DNA from: Octopus sinensis
Taxonomy: Eukaryota
NCBI RefSeq assembly: GCF_006345805.1
Contig: NC_043004.1
Coordinates: 78,244,001 to 78,308,000, forward strand
Length of the DNA: 64,000 bases
Direction of reading: 5' to 3'
Both the position numbers and the translations under genes were made by a program. The notes beneath the pieces were generated by a model, which saw only the letters and a list, made by a program, of their open reading frames with translations, made no database searches and was not told where the DNA came from. Below, piece by piece: positions 52,231-64,000 of the stretch (within the stretch, counting starts at the first letter, position 1; every line of letters starts with the position of its first letter).

Positions 52231-55200
52231 GCACGTGCAGATGTATGTTTGCATGAGTGTTTACATACTGTGTTTCATGTGAATGTTTGTTGATAATTCC
52301 CAGTCAATGAATTGTCTGCTAGCTCTGGTCCTTGAGAGGTGAGTAGAATGAAATATATTTTACTTGTAAAACAAGAAAACAAGTAGGAATTAGCATTAGG
52401 AAGGACATCCAGCTGTAAAAAACAATGCCTCAGTAACATTTTTTAGCATCCACTTTTCCAATATAGAGGTCTTCTGAAGATACGCTGTAAGGCTAAAAAT
52501 CCCTTAGGAGTGAAAAACCCAGTGTAACCCCATAGACTGGCCCCCATTATAATACATATATATGTATAGATATATAAAAACCTTATTTATCTTGTTTCAG
52601 TGATTAGACTGCAGCCATGCTGAGCACCACCTTGCAGGGTTTAATTGAGTAAATCACCACCATTACTTATTTTTCCACCTGGTACTTATTCTATCTGTCT
52701 CTCTTGCCCAAATTGCTATGGTACAGGGACATAAAGAAACCAACACCGGTTGCCATGTGGTGGTGGAGGAGGACAAACACAGTGACACACATACACACAT
52801 TTGTATGTGTATACACACACACACACACAAGCTTCTTTCAGTTTCCATCTACCAAATCCAATTGCAAGGCTTTGGTTGGCTTGAAGTTGTGAGAAGACAC
52901 TTGCCCAAGGTGCCATGCAATGAGACTGAACCTGGAACCATGTGGTTGTGAAGCAAACTTCTTATTATACAGCTATGCCTATGCATACTCACACATACAT
53001 ACACACACATGTGTGTAGGTGTGCGTGAGAGAGACAGACAGACAGAGGTGTGTATATATATTTTTTAATCCATGTAAGCATGCATTTGTATTGTAATTCT
53101 GTTCAAAAGAAGTTATACCTGCTGTTGATATCCTGTTTATGAATGTAGCATGTTTGTAAACTGTAAAACAGCTGAGTTAAACATAAACTTCATTCTGTGA
53201 AGAGCTAAAAATGATGCCAGGTTAGTAATAATTCCATTCTGAGACGTATCAGAGAATGAGATTTAATATATTTCTCTATTTCTTTGAGATCAACCGGATG
53301 ATGATCAATGTTCAGAGTATGTGTGATTAACAGAGAGAAACTGTGCATAGCTTAGATGTTAAAGATAGAGTAATGTGCTGAGAGCTGACAGGAGAATGTG
53401 GACTGATAGACGGAGAGGAGGATGGAAAGGAAGGACATAGATAGAAGCTAGAGTAGTGAGAATTGAAGGCAAAACGAACATATGTTTAGGACTTGAGGGA
53501 AGGATAGTTATGATAAAAATGCCATGATGACTGTATAAAGTAATAATAGGCATTAACATTGTGGAATATAAGGATAAGAGTGGAAACCATAGAGTGGGAA
53601 TGCTGTTCACTCGTATGTATTGCATTTTTAAATCAGCCGGTGGAGTTTCCTGGAGAAAATGTAATTAGCTGGGGCTTTTGTCAGAATGGGAAAAATCAAT
53701 GTTTGGATGGAATGATAATCACTGTCCTTGTTCTTATCCGCCATTGTTTATAGCAACATGGGGTTTGAAGTTGTCTTTTGTGTTCTTCAAATTAAGTCTT
53801 AAGAAACTTCCCATATATGTTACGACATAAGCCACACACACACACACACACACACACAAATAAACAGTGAAGCAAAGGATTGTTTGAAGGTAAAATTGAT
53901 ATGGTAGTATTTTGAAGCCATGAAAAATTATTGTTAATGTTTGAAATATATACCCCACCTCACAAGAAAACCCTTATATCTGCACCTTATACACACACTA
54001 ATAAGTGTATTTTACTATATTTTAATGTCATATAAGATGCTCTTTATTTTTCCAAAACAATATCGCAAAAAAAAAAAATCACCCTAGGTCCCATGTGCAA
54101 AATTGAGCATATATTACGTGCTTTAATGTGAAAAATTCACTTGTGCTGGTGTCATGTAAAAAGCACTCAGTACACTTCATAAAGTGGTTGGCATTAGGAA
54201 GGGAATCCAACAAAAATGGACAATTGGGGCCTGGTGCAGCTGTCCAGCCCATGCCAGTATTAGAAAACGGACGTTAAATGATGATGATGTGCTGCTGAAA
54301 TTGAGGTGCATCTAATACGCCCTTGCAGGATTTCTGCCATCAAATATGGTAATTAACTAGTGTATAACTCTTATACTGTTGTTCTCCACCCTTCCTGTAC
54401 TGCCACTTCCCACCTCCACCATCCCGACCCACTCCTATTTCTTTACATCTTCACTCCCTCCATAATGATATGTATGTGTATATACCTTCAACTACACCAC
54501 CACCCTTGTTACTCATCCATTGTATTCACCTCCAAACCCTTCTCTAATCGTTTCTCATTCTCCTCTCAGACTCTTACAAACTCATCCGCCCACCATTCCT
54601 CATTCTTTGTCCATTATTCTCCCTTGTCCCCACCTTCTTCTATCTTGAAAGTATGCAGTTAGTGGTTTTAGCAAACTCTGCTGTTTTTACTTCTTTTAGG
54701 TTTTAGCAGCTTGTAAATTATTTTGCTGTGATTCTTCATCATCATCATTTAATGTCTGCTTTCCATGCTGGCATGGGTTGGAGGGTTTGACAGGATCTGA
54801 TGGACCCAAAGACTGCATTGTACTCCAATGTCTGCTTTGACATGGTTTCTATGGCTGGATTATCTTAACACCAACCTGAACCACCTTACAATATGTACAG
54901 GGTGCTTTTTGCAGCTCTGGCACTAGTGAAATTGCTATGGACTACAAACTCCAAAGGTAGAGAAGGTAGGGAGCAGCTGTATGTGAGTAGATGAGGAGTT
55001 AAAGTATGAGAGATGGGCTTGAGCAAGTTTCTTACCCTAGAGAAGCTAGGGTTTGAATGATCCATTGGAGCTGGAAAGAGATAAAATAGTGGTGACAAGG
55101 TTTGTGGGTGGCCCTTCAAGGTATGAGGTGAGTAGAAGTGAGTGGGGGGACAGAAAAAGACCCTGGAGTGTGGTTAGTTGAGGGGGGTTCTCTTTAACCA

Positions 55201-56100
55201 GTTTCACCTCAAAAGCTGCGGTCATGCTGGGGCATTAAACTTATGTGTTGAATATTCTTAATCTCTTATTCAAAAAGATTTTGACTTCTGAAATTTTGGG
55301 TTTTTTGGTAGATTACAGTCTCAGGTTTTCAGCTTCAGTTTTCTCATTGTGATTTTCAAAATTAAATTGAGGTTCTTTAAAAAAATGCTAGTCATTTTCT
55401 TTAGAATTAATGAGATTCTTCAATTTGAACATTTAATTCTAATAAAATTTTTCTTTAAAACAATTTTTTCTACTGTAGGCATAAGGTCTGAAGTGGTGGG
55501 AGAAGGGGCCAGTCGATTACATTGACCCTATTATTCAACTAATATTTTATTTTATTGACCCTAAAAGGAGGAAAGGCAAAGTTGATACGTTAAAATTTGA
55601 ACTCTGGGCATTGCTAATGATTCTGCCTGCTCCTTGCTTTTCGTTAAAACAATAAAATAAAGCAAATAAAACAATTAAAACATGTTTGTGTCCTAATAGC
55701 CAAAGATTCACAAATATAGTTTTTAGGTCATCTTCATTAAAGAATATTGGCCTATATTTATTTCAGAATGCATCTGGTAAAATGCTTTAATGCTTTCCTT
55801 TCACTAATATTATATGCAGTTGACTATTTTCCATTGTTGAATTAAATATGAGGCTTTTGTTACCATTTCCAGAAGCTCACATGAGTTCTACTATGACTCA
55901 CAATCATGCATTGTTTTACCAATTTAATAGAAATGAATCAGTTATTTAGACACAGATTTTTGTAACAATTATTTCATATTTGATACAAACTGGTGTCTTT
56001 TCAGTTGTTTTTATATTTATAACTACCCTGTCCCACCTCTTATCTTTAATGCTTTTATATTTAAAGAATCTTGCATTATTTCTTTGGTAAAACATTTTAA

Positions 56101-56321
56101 TCCTTTAGCATTTAAGCCAGCCATGTCCAGCTGAAGTATTCTACTTGTTTTATGTTCCAACTGTCTAGATCTGACCTCTCACACTTACCCTACAATGCTG
56201 TTCTAAAAGTATACCATTCCATTATCAAAATCTCAAAGCTGCAAGATAATTCATGATTTATTTCAAAACAATGTGAATAAATAAGCATTCCATTTGACAG
56301 AGTTGTCTGAATGCTAAAGGG
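56101..56321. mobile_element. piggyBac-type MITE; inverted partial sister copy at ~56825-56990
   Basis: TTAA-tCCTTTAGCATT ... AATGCTAAAGGG-TTAA; 221 bp. Confidence 0.8.
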
Positions 56322-59300
56322 TTAAGAATCCTCTCTGCTCCTCATTATTCAGTTGTAATGTTCCCACCGAAACTATTCTAATAATATTCAGTGGAGGCTG
56401 GATGTAAATGTTTAAATTTACATATTGTTGGCTCTGGTTGTTTCACTGTCTCTGAAAACCAGTTCTAATAATAATGTCAGGGCAAGCTGAATTGGGATAA
56501 AAAGAAGACTGTTTATTCCTCAGTGGAATTTGAAAAATCATTTCCAGTATGCTGGTAAAAAGATGGTACTAAATACCTTTTCAAAACTGACTTTACCATT
56601 CATCCTTCCAGTGACAGCTAATAAAATTAAGTACCTTTTAAAACTGAAAGGAGTTTAGTAAGTGATACATATAGGATTTTAGTTTTGTATTTGCATAAAA
56701 GATGCATGGACATATTAGACAAACCCCAATTCCAGCAACGCATATTTAAGAAGCAAAGTTTTTAGTACATTGACCTTTAATTTTTACTCTGTTAAATATA
56801 AGACTTATTTATTCACATAAAAAAAAAAAAATATCATGCATTATCTCATAGCTTTGAGATATTGATGATTTGTTTATTTTTAAAATGACATTGTAGGGTA
56901 GGTGTGAGAGGTTGGATCAGTCCAGTTTTGAACATAATACAGATAGCATCTTTGAGCCTGATATGGCTAGTTTAAATGCTAACGGCCTAAAGCATGTAAT
57001 ATAGGCTCCAACATTGCATGTAGGACATGGGATATTTTTAAAGACTTTTTCGTGGGGAAGTGCAACTATCAGATATGGTATATTGTCACAAAACTGGTCG
57101 TGTGAGGAATATGGATGAATGGGGATATAGTTGATGTTGACTCAACTTTGGTTTACTCTCATGACATGTTTATTTCATTGGTTGTTGTTTAGCCTTGGTG
57201 ATTGAGAAGGACTATGGTATGTAGGTCATCAGTTGAATGACTAGATATGATATACTCATGGGTAGATCAGATCTCTATCTATTTGAGAACCATACTTTGC
57301 TCTTAGACAAGCAAGCGTTTATCATATGGAGTACACAGCATTAACAAGTAATGAGGTTATTGGTGCTGCAGTTATTTTTGGATGTGTAATATTAAAAAAA
57401 TTTGTATACACTGAGTGCGAGGAAGAATGATGTTGTTAGAAAGTTGTAGAAATGTTCCATGATGTAGATGTTTGGGAGTGATTCAGCTTCCAGTGGCAGG
57501 GACTGTGTGGCTGGGAGTTTACTTCAGCAACAAAGTGTGTCTTTTGAATGCAATAGCATAGCAAGATTTCTCAGTGACTGCGAGTAAAGGCTCTTTTGAT
57601 GTCTCCAATCTTAATTAACAGGTGTAATAGGCTAGAGGAAATTTTGTGCACGTTCACACCTGTGCCTGCATTTCACTGCCATCTTCTCACTCATCCTTGC
57701 ATGTCCCGGTGGTCTTTCATCATCATCATTGTTTTAATGTCTACTTTCTCATGCTCAGTTGAGTTGGACAGAATTTGCTGAGGCAGATATTCTATAGCCA
57801 GATGCCCTTCTTATCACCAACCCTCACTAGTTTCCTAATGGCTGGACATGTTTTTGTGAGAGATTGATTGGCAATGAAGGACACCGCTTGTATGATGGTG
57901 ACACTCGTTTACAACTGTCATGCAATATCAAGGAAGAGACATTCACACACACACACACACATATCATCCTCATTATTTAACGTCTGCCTTCTATGTTGGC
58001 ATGGGTGGGATAGTTTCACAAGAGCTGGCCAGGCAGAAGCCTGCACCAGACTTCTGTGACTGTTTTGGCAGGATTTTTACAGCTGGATGCCCTTCCTAAC
58101 ACCAACCACCCAGCAGAGTGGACTTATATCACACACATACACACACAATGGGTCTCTTTTGCTTTCCATCTACCAAATCTACTCACAATGTTTTGGCCAG
58201 CCTGGGGCTGTAGCAGAAGACAGATGCTGAAGATGTTTTGGAGTGAGACTGAACCTGAATTCATGTGGTTGGGAAGTGAACTTCTTAACTACCCAGTGGA
58301 GCTGGTCTGCTTGCTGGCTGTGATGTTGTGTTCTTTGTAGATTATTGAGATTTATTGGAGAGAGATTATAAGGGAGACTTTCAGAACTGCTATAAACCCA
58401 GAGTCATCTTGTATATTATTTGAACACTACAGCTGTTGTTTTTTCTTCTTAAATTAGTTTAAAACAAAAATGTTAATTTATATTAATTTATCAAACAAAA
58501 AATGCCTTGAGAGTGTGTCTGTGTGAATTTGGTGGAATGCTTCATTTATGAAAATTACTTAACTAATAGCAAAGCATTGTTTGTGTAACATTAATTAAAA
58601 ATATTATGAAAGCCATTTCGAACCTAGTTATTGTTTTACAAATTAATATTTTTTTGTAAATTAATGTTTTTCAAAAACATTATCTGGTATTATCACGAAT
58701 ATTGACTTCATTATTTGTAAATTCATTAGATGAAAAATGCTGTCCTCTAAACTCAACCTGTTTATTTTCTAGGTAGAATTATGTAAAGAATGGTAATTAC
58801 ATCTCATTGTAAAGAATAGTTTCTCATCTCAGACAGTGTGTTAATCCATTGTTTTTTTTTTTTGTGTGTGTAATCTTTGAATGGTGTGGATTGTAAAACT
58901 GTCCAACAAACTGTATATCTTTGCCAGTATTGTGAAGTTTCTGCTTTACTACTGGAGTTGAAATAACACCCAAATATGCTCAGAGTTGTTTCACATACTC
59001 ACTAAATTACCACTTTTACTTGTGTGTAAATCACTTTATTTTATACTTGAATTTAACTGGAAAAAAGAAGTACAATTTATACATAGAGCAAAGCTAAAAT
59101 TATGAAGAATAATAGATTTTGTTCAAGATCAAACACTAAATTAGGGATACATTTTATACATGCATGCCACTTATACGTGAGTAAATGTGGTATTTAAAAT
59201 AATCTTAGTCATTGACAAATACTGTTCTTTCCCTCAGCACATAATTATTTGTAATTAATTTTTTAAAGCTCTCAGCACTAAATATGTTAACTCTAATTAA

Positions 59301-59983
59301 ACTATTCTGCATATAGTGTCTCATTTATTCATTAAATAATTCTGTTTTTATGCATCAACCAATGTATGTTGTGATGTGATGAAGCCATAATAAGACCAAA
59401 CTATATCCGCAATTGTCTCCTGTATTTGCTGTAATAATTAAAATAACGTTAATCATAGACAAATATTATCTTTACTTCACCACATAATTATTTCTATTGT
59501 AACAGTTTTAACATTTATTAAAGATTTCTCATATTTCTTTATTGGTCTTTTAAAGTTTTAGTTTAGAAAAGTAACTTTGCTTGGTTCATCAACAATTTTA
59601 AGACCGCCTCAGGCTTATTTTCAGGATGAAATAATTTCGTTGATGGTGGCTCTTGCTTTTTAAAGTTTTTAAAATAGTGTTGGTCAGAGTGTTGGCAATG
59701 CTGGTCTACTTGTTCCTCGTTGGTTACTGTAGGTTTAAATTTCCTAAACGTTGAGCCTATGAAGAACATCTTATGTGGATGCTTGTGAAATAGTAGCCAA
59801 ATAGTAGCCAGGTGTAGGAGTGGCTGTGTGGTAAGTAGCTTGCTTACCAACCACATGGTTCCGGGTTCAGTCCCACTGCGTGGTACCTTGGGCAAGTGTC
59901 TTCTACTATAGCCTCGGGCTGACCAAAGCCTTGTGAGTGGATTTGGTGGATGGAAACTGAAAGAAGCCCGTTGTATATATGTT

Positions 59984-60014
<31 letters not shown>

Positions 60015-60759
60015 ATGTTTGTGTGTCTGTGTTTGTCCCCCAACATCGCTTGACAACCGATGTTGGTGTGTTTACGTCCCCGTAATTTAACGGTTCGGCA
60101 AAAGAGACTGATAGAATAAGTACTAGGCTTACAAAGAATAAGCCCTGGGGGCGATTTGCTTGACTATAAGCGGTGCTCCAGCATGACCACAGTCAAATGA
60201 CTGAAACAAGTAAAAATGTAAAGAGTAAATAACATTTAAATTATACCTTACAGTCTTGAAGGCAAAGGACACGTTGCATAATGTAGTCCTCAGCATGCAA
60301 TACCTTTGAGGGCATAGGGTGGTCATGGCTGGAATACCTTTAATTAAAGTTTGTTCAGTCAAAACTGACCCAGAACTAAACAACTTCTTAGTTGTTGATA
60401 TCAAGTTTTATTTTGCCAGTCAGGAAATGGTTTGACTATGGTATCTACTTTTAATTGGATAGGCTGTTTGTATATCTATTTGTATGTGCTATCTGCGTGT
60501 TAAGTGACACAAGCTGCTATTATTGCAGTTTCTTTCATGACTAATCTTCTATTTATTTTCATTGTAATCCATCTCAGCTGTTATCAATTAGAATTTTCCT
60601 ATTTTAGTTGTGTGTTGTATGATAAAATATATTTCGATATTTTTTTTTATTGAAGCTATATTGTCAGTTGGCAAAGAAGTGTGATACATGCCTGTTCAAT
60701 ATGGCAGTTTGTCATGAGGTTTGCAACTATCATGGCTGTATGTGAACATATACATTTCA

Positions 60760-60900
60760 CATTATTTACATTTGATGGATATTTGTCCTTGCCTTGTTTG
60801 TTGTTAACACAACCTCTTGGCTGATGTACTTTCCAGCCTTCATCAGATGTCTTGGGGCAATTTTGAACCTGGGTTCTCATTCCTAAGGTATTTTTTCCGA

Positions 60901-60936
<36 letters not shown>

Positions 60937-61086
60937 TGTCACTGCCTGGAATCAAACTTGGAATCTTGGAGTTAGTAGCCCCCGCATTTAACCACTATGC
61001 CATATGCCCATGGGCAAGATGAGGACAAATATCTGTCAAATGTAAATAATGTACATAATCCCTCATCTCTCAAATATAGAACTGTG
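60760..61086. mobile_element. Palindromic tRNA/hammerhead element, opposite orientation, right arm internally deleted
   Basis: Short arm on the left, long arm on the right; centre gcccatgggc retained; 9-bp TSD tacatttca at 60751-60759 and 61087-61095. Confidence 0.75.
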
Positions 61087-62658
61087 TACATTTCATTAAT
61101 GTTTATTCTGAAGTTTGTTGTTGTTCGTTTTAAATGTTTTAAATGTTCAGTTTTGCAATATGATCAGTTTTTAAAATTTTGGCACAAGGCCAGTACATTC
61201 AAGGGAGGGGTTTAGTCGATTACACCAACCCCAGTATTCAACTGGTACTTGTTTCATTGACCCTGAAAGGATGAAAGGCAAGGTCAGCCTTAGCAGAATT
61301 TGAACTCGGAATGTAAAGACAAGCAAAATGTCACTTAGCATTTTGCCCAGTGTGTTAATGATTCTGCCAGCTCACCCACCTTGGTTTTCTCATTATTAGT
61401 TCCAGTTTTAAGGTGGCGACCTGGCAGAATCGTTAGCACACCAGGTGAAATGCTTAGTGGTATTTTGTCTGCTGCTGTGTTCTGAGTTCAAATTCCACCG
61501 AAGTTGACTTTGCCTTTTATCCTTTTGGGATTGATAAATTAAGTACCAGTTGCATACTGGAGTTGACCCAATCGACTGGCCCCCTTCCCCCCAAGTTTCA
61601 GGCCTTGTGCCTATATTAGAAAGGATTATTAGTTCTAGTTTAAGTTTGGGTGTTCTGTGTATTGCTTTTCTATTTAATGAATAAAGTTTGGATGCCCTTG
61701 AGAGTGTTATATGCATGTAGTGTGCAATGAGCAGTAAATCGTTTTATCAGCAGAAGCATCTTGTTAGAGGAGTGGCAGCCAGGATGAGTCTGTGAAGGAA
61801 GCAGAAACTTTCTTGGCAAAATACCTAGTGGCCTGGCTGTAATTTGGAAAGTGGTTGAGTGTTGAGGCTGTGTTATGTACAGAATCCTTCTTTGTGGTGA
61901 TGGTGATTAAGTGCCTCATCATGATGAGGAAGTGACTTCATCCAGGTGTTGCTAGCTGTATTTTTCACCTGTGAAATTTCAGCTGCAAAATCATGTGTTT
62001 ATGTGTGTAGAGGGGAGGGGGGGCCAGTATTTTTGATGGCATGAGGAATATGGAAGGATGCGTCTCAATTGGGTCAAAATAAGAAGCACATCTCCTTCCA
62101 GATTAATACCTTCCTATGAAATGTTTTACCCTGATTGAGCAGGAATTTCAATGATTGATTTGGAAGCAGGAAGGAGGTCACAATTATTTAGCAAATAAGT
62201 GTGACATTTAGTGATAGAGGTTGGCAGACACTAATTGAAGAAGACATTTCAGAATAGCAAATTATTTGCTTCTTGTGCTAATGGTTCAGTATCTGTGTGT
62301 GGTGTGTGTGTGTTGTGTGTGTGTTGGGGTATTGTGAAAACTAAGAGGTGATGCATATATTGAAGTCACTGGTGACTTTACACAATGGGCTTCCTCTCAG
62401 TTTTTATCTAACAAATTTCACTCCAAAGACATTAGTCAACACAATGTTATAACAGAAAACACTTGCATAAGGTGCTGTAGAGTGGGATTGAACCCAAACC
62501 GCATGGTTGCAAAGCAAACTTCATTACCATGCAGCCATGTCTGCATCAAAGAATATTAGCAATAATAGACTGGTGTCTTTTACAAGACATTTTTTTTTAT
62601 TGCTCTTCTGTAGAATGTTATGAAACTGAGTTAAGCATTTTAAAAATAAATAAATAAA

Positions 62659-62720
<62 letters not shown>

Positions 62721-64000
62721 TAGAGGGTTTTTATAGACATTTACATTTTGAAAAAATGGTAAAACACTGTGTGTCTAATTCCATTTTATATAGAAAATCT
62801 TAGCAGTTAATTCAATAATAATAGGATTTATTGTGTTATTTCTCAGTAAAACTTGAATCAAAGTTGGCAGTTTGCTATTTTAGTCATTAGTATTGTATAT
62901 AATATTTATATATAGAGAGTGTTACATATCCTGTTACCTAATTTGAGAAAGTAGGAATGGCAACGGCAGCGGCAAGTGTTCTGTAATGTAAATGGTAATG
63001 TGGTCACCTGGCAAGCAACAGATATGTCTTTCTCTCAGTGGTCTCGTTCTTCTTGACTGTCTTGAATTGGTGCTTGTAATATCTAAAACTTTTTACATTA
63101 AAAATCTTGGCAGCTAAATTCATTCATAAAATGTATTTTTTTTTCAATGTATTTTTGCCTAAATCATCCTTTGCTTATCGTTTAAGATGGGACAAGTACA
63201 TAGTATTAAGGCAACTTCTGCAGTAAATACCACAGGAAGAATTTTTTTGTTAGTATAAAGCACAAATGTGGCTGTATGGTTAGGAAGCTTGTTTCCCAAC
63301 CATGAGGTTACAGGTTCTGTCCCACTATGTGGTGCCTTATTTAACTGTCTTCTATTATAGCTCCAGGCCAACCAAAGCTTTGTGAGTGGATTTAGTAGAT
63401 GAAAATTGAAAGAAGCTTGTCGTATGAATGTGTGTGTGTGTGTGTAGATATCATTTGATGTCATAAAGGAGTGTCACCATCATACAAGTGATGTTCTTTG
63501 TTTCTAGTCTTCCATGAAATGCATGTCTGGTCATAGAAAAATATTACTTCTGCTTGAAAACAAGGGAAGGTTAGCAACAGGAAGAGCATCTTGCCATAGA
63601 GAATCTGCCTCAACAAATTGTGTCTGACACCTGCAAACATGGAAAAGTGAACTTTAAAATAATGATAATTAAAAGATGTGAGGTATATTTTTTGAGGATA
63701 TTTGCATGAAAACGTAGGATAGCATTATCATATCAATACCTTTCATCTGGTTTCAGGCATTAGACTGTGGCCATGCTGGGGCACCACCTTGAGGAATTTT
63801 TGTCAAACAAACTAACCCCAGTACCTATTAAATTTTAAGCCTTTTGCTGAGCTGTTAAGTTGTGGGGACGTAAACATGCCAACACTGGTTGTCAAGTGGT
63901 TGTGGGACACACACAAGCTTCTTTCAGATTCCATCTACCAATTCCATTCACAAGGCTTTGGTGTGGGCCTGAGGCTGTGGTAGAAGACATTTGCCCAAGG

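Noticed and set aside
53190-53318. Possible plus-strand micro-exon pair (MMPDQPDDDQCS) around a 70-nt GT-AG intron
   Set aside because: Weak GAG acceptor and no homology; cannot be distinguished from chance.
59563-59790. Non-repetitive ~75-aa open frame on the minus strand
   Set aside because: No motif, no clear splice sites; the listed ATG comes from a SINE.
62953-63055. EWQRQRQVFCNVNGNVVTWQ, loosely WW-like
   Set aside because: Poor acceptor, lacks WW consensus residues; other frames are equally open.

Overview
AT-rich, repeat-saturated animal genomic DNA; the SINE, LINE and microsatellite content suggests an octopus or other cephalopod (inference). One protein-coding gene can be fully reconstructed: a 7-exon minus-strand ERI3-type DEDDh 3'-5' exoribonuclease (CDS 19527 to 7002, 225 aa, all GT-AG junctions in frame, catalytic residues intact), with a phased ETS-motif promoter just upstream. 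The rest is retrotransposon debris (R4/Dong-like and HERO-like RLE LINEs, RTE LINEs, CORE-type and other tRNA SINEs), non-autonomous DNA elements (hAT, piggyBac, Helitron), fold-back hairpins and large micro/minisatellites. The most unusual signal is a ~500-bp palindromic element present in 4 copies. Two tRNA-derived Pol III heads sit head-to-head, each followed by an (AAT)n linker and a minimal Penelope-type hammerhead ribozyme motif. The ends are fixed and asymmetric, and three copies carry 9-13 bp target-site duplications. Also notable: a microhomology-bordered complex duplication that copies most of ERI3 exon 6, further variant hammerhead-like motifs, and a visible CpG mosaic that predicts a second, unrecognised gene from about 44 kb onward.
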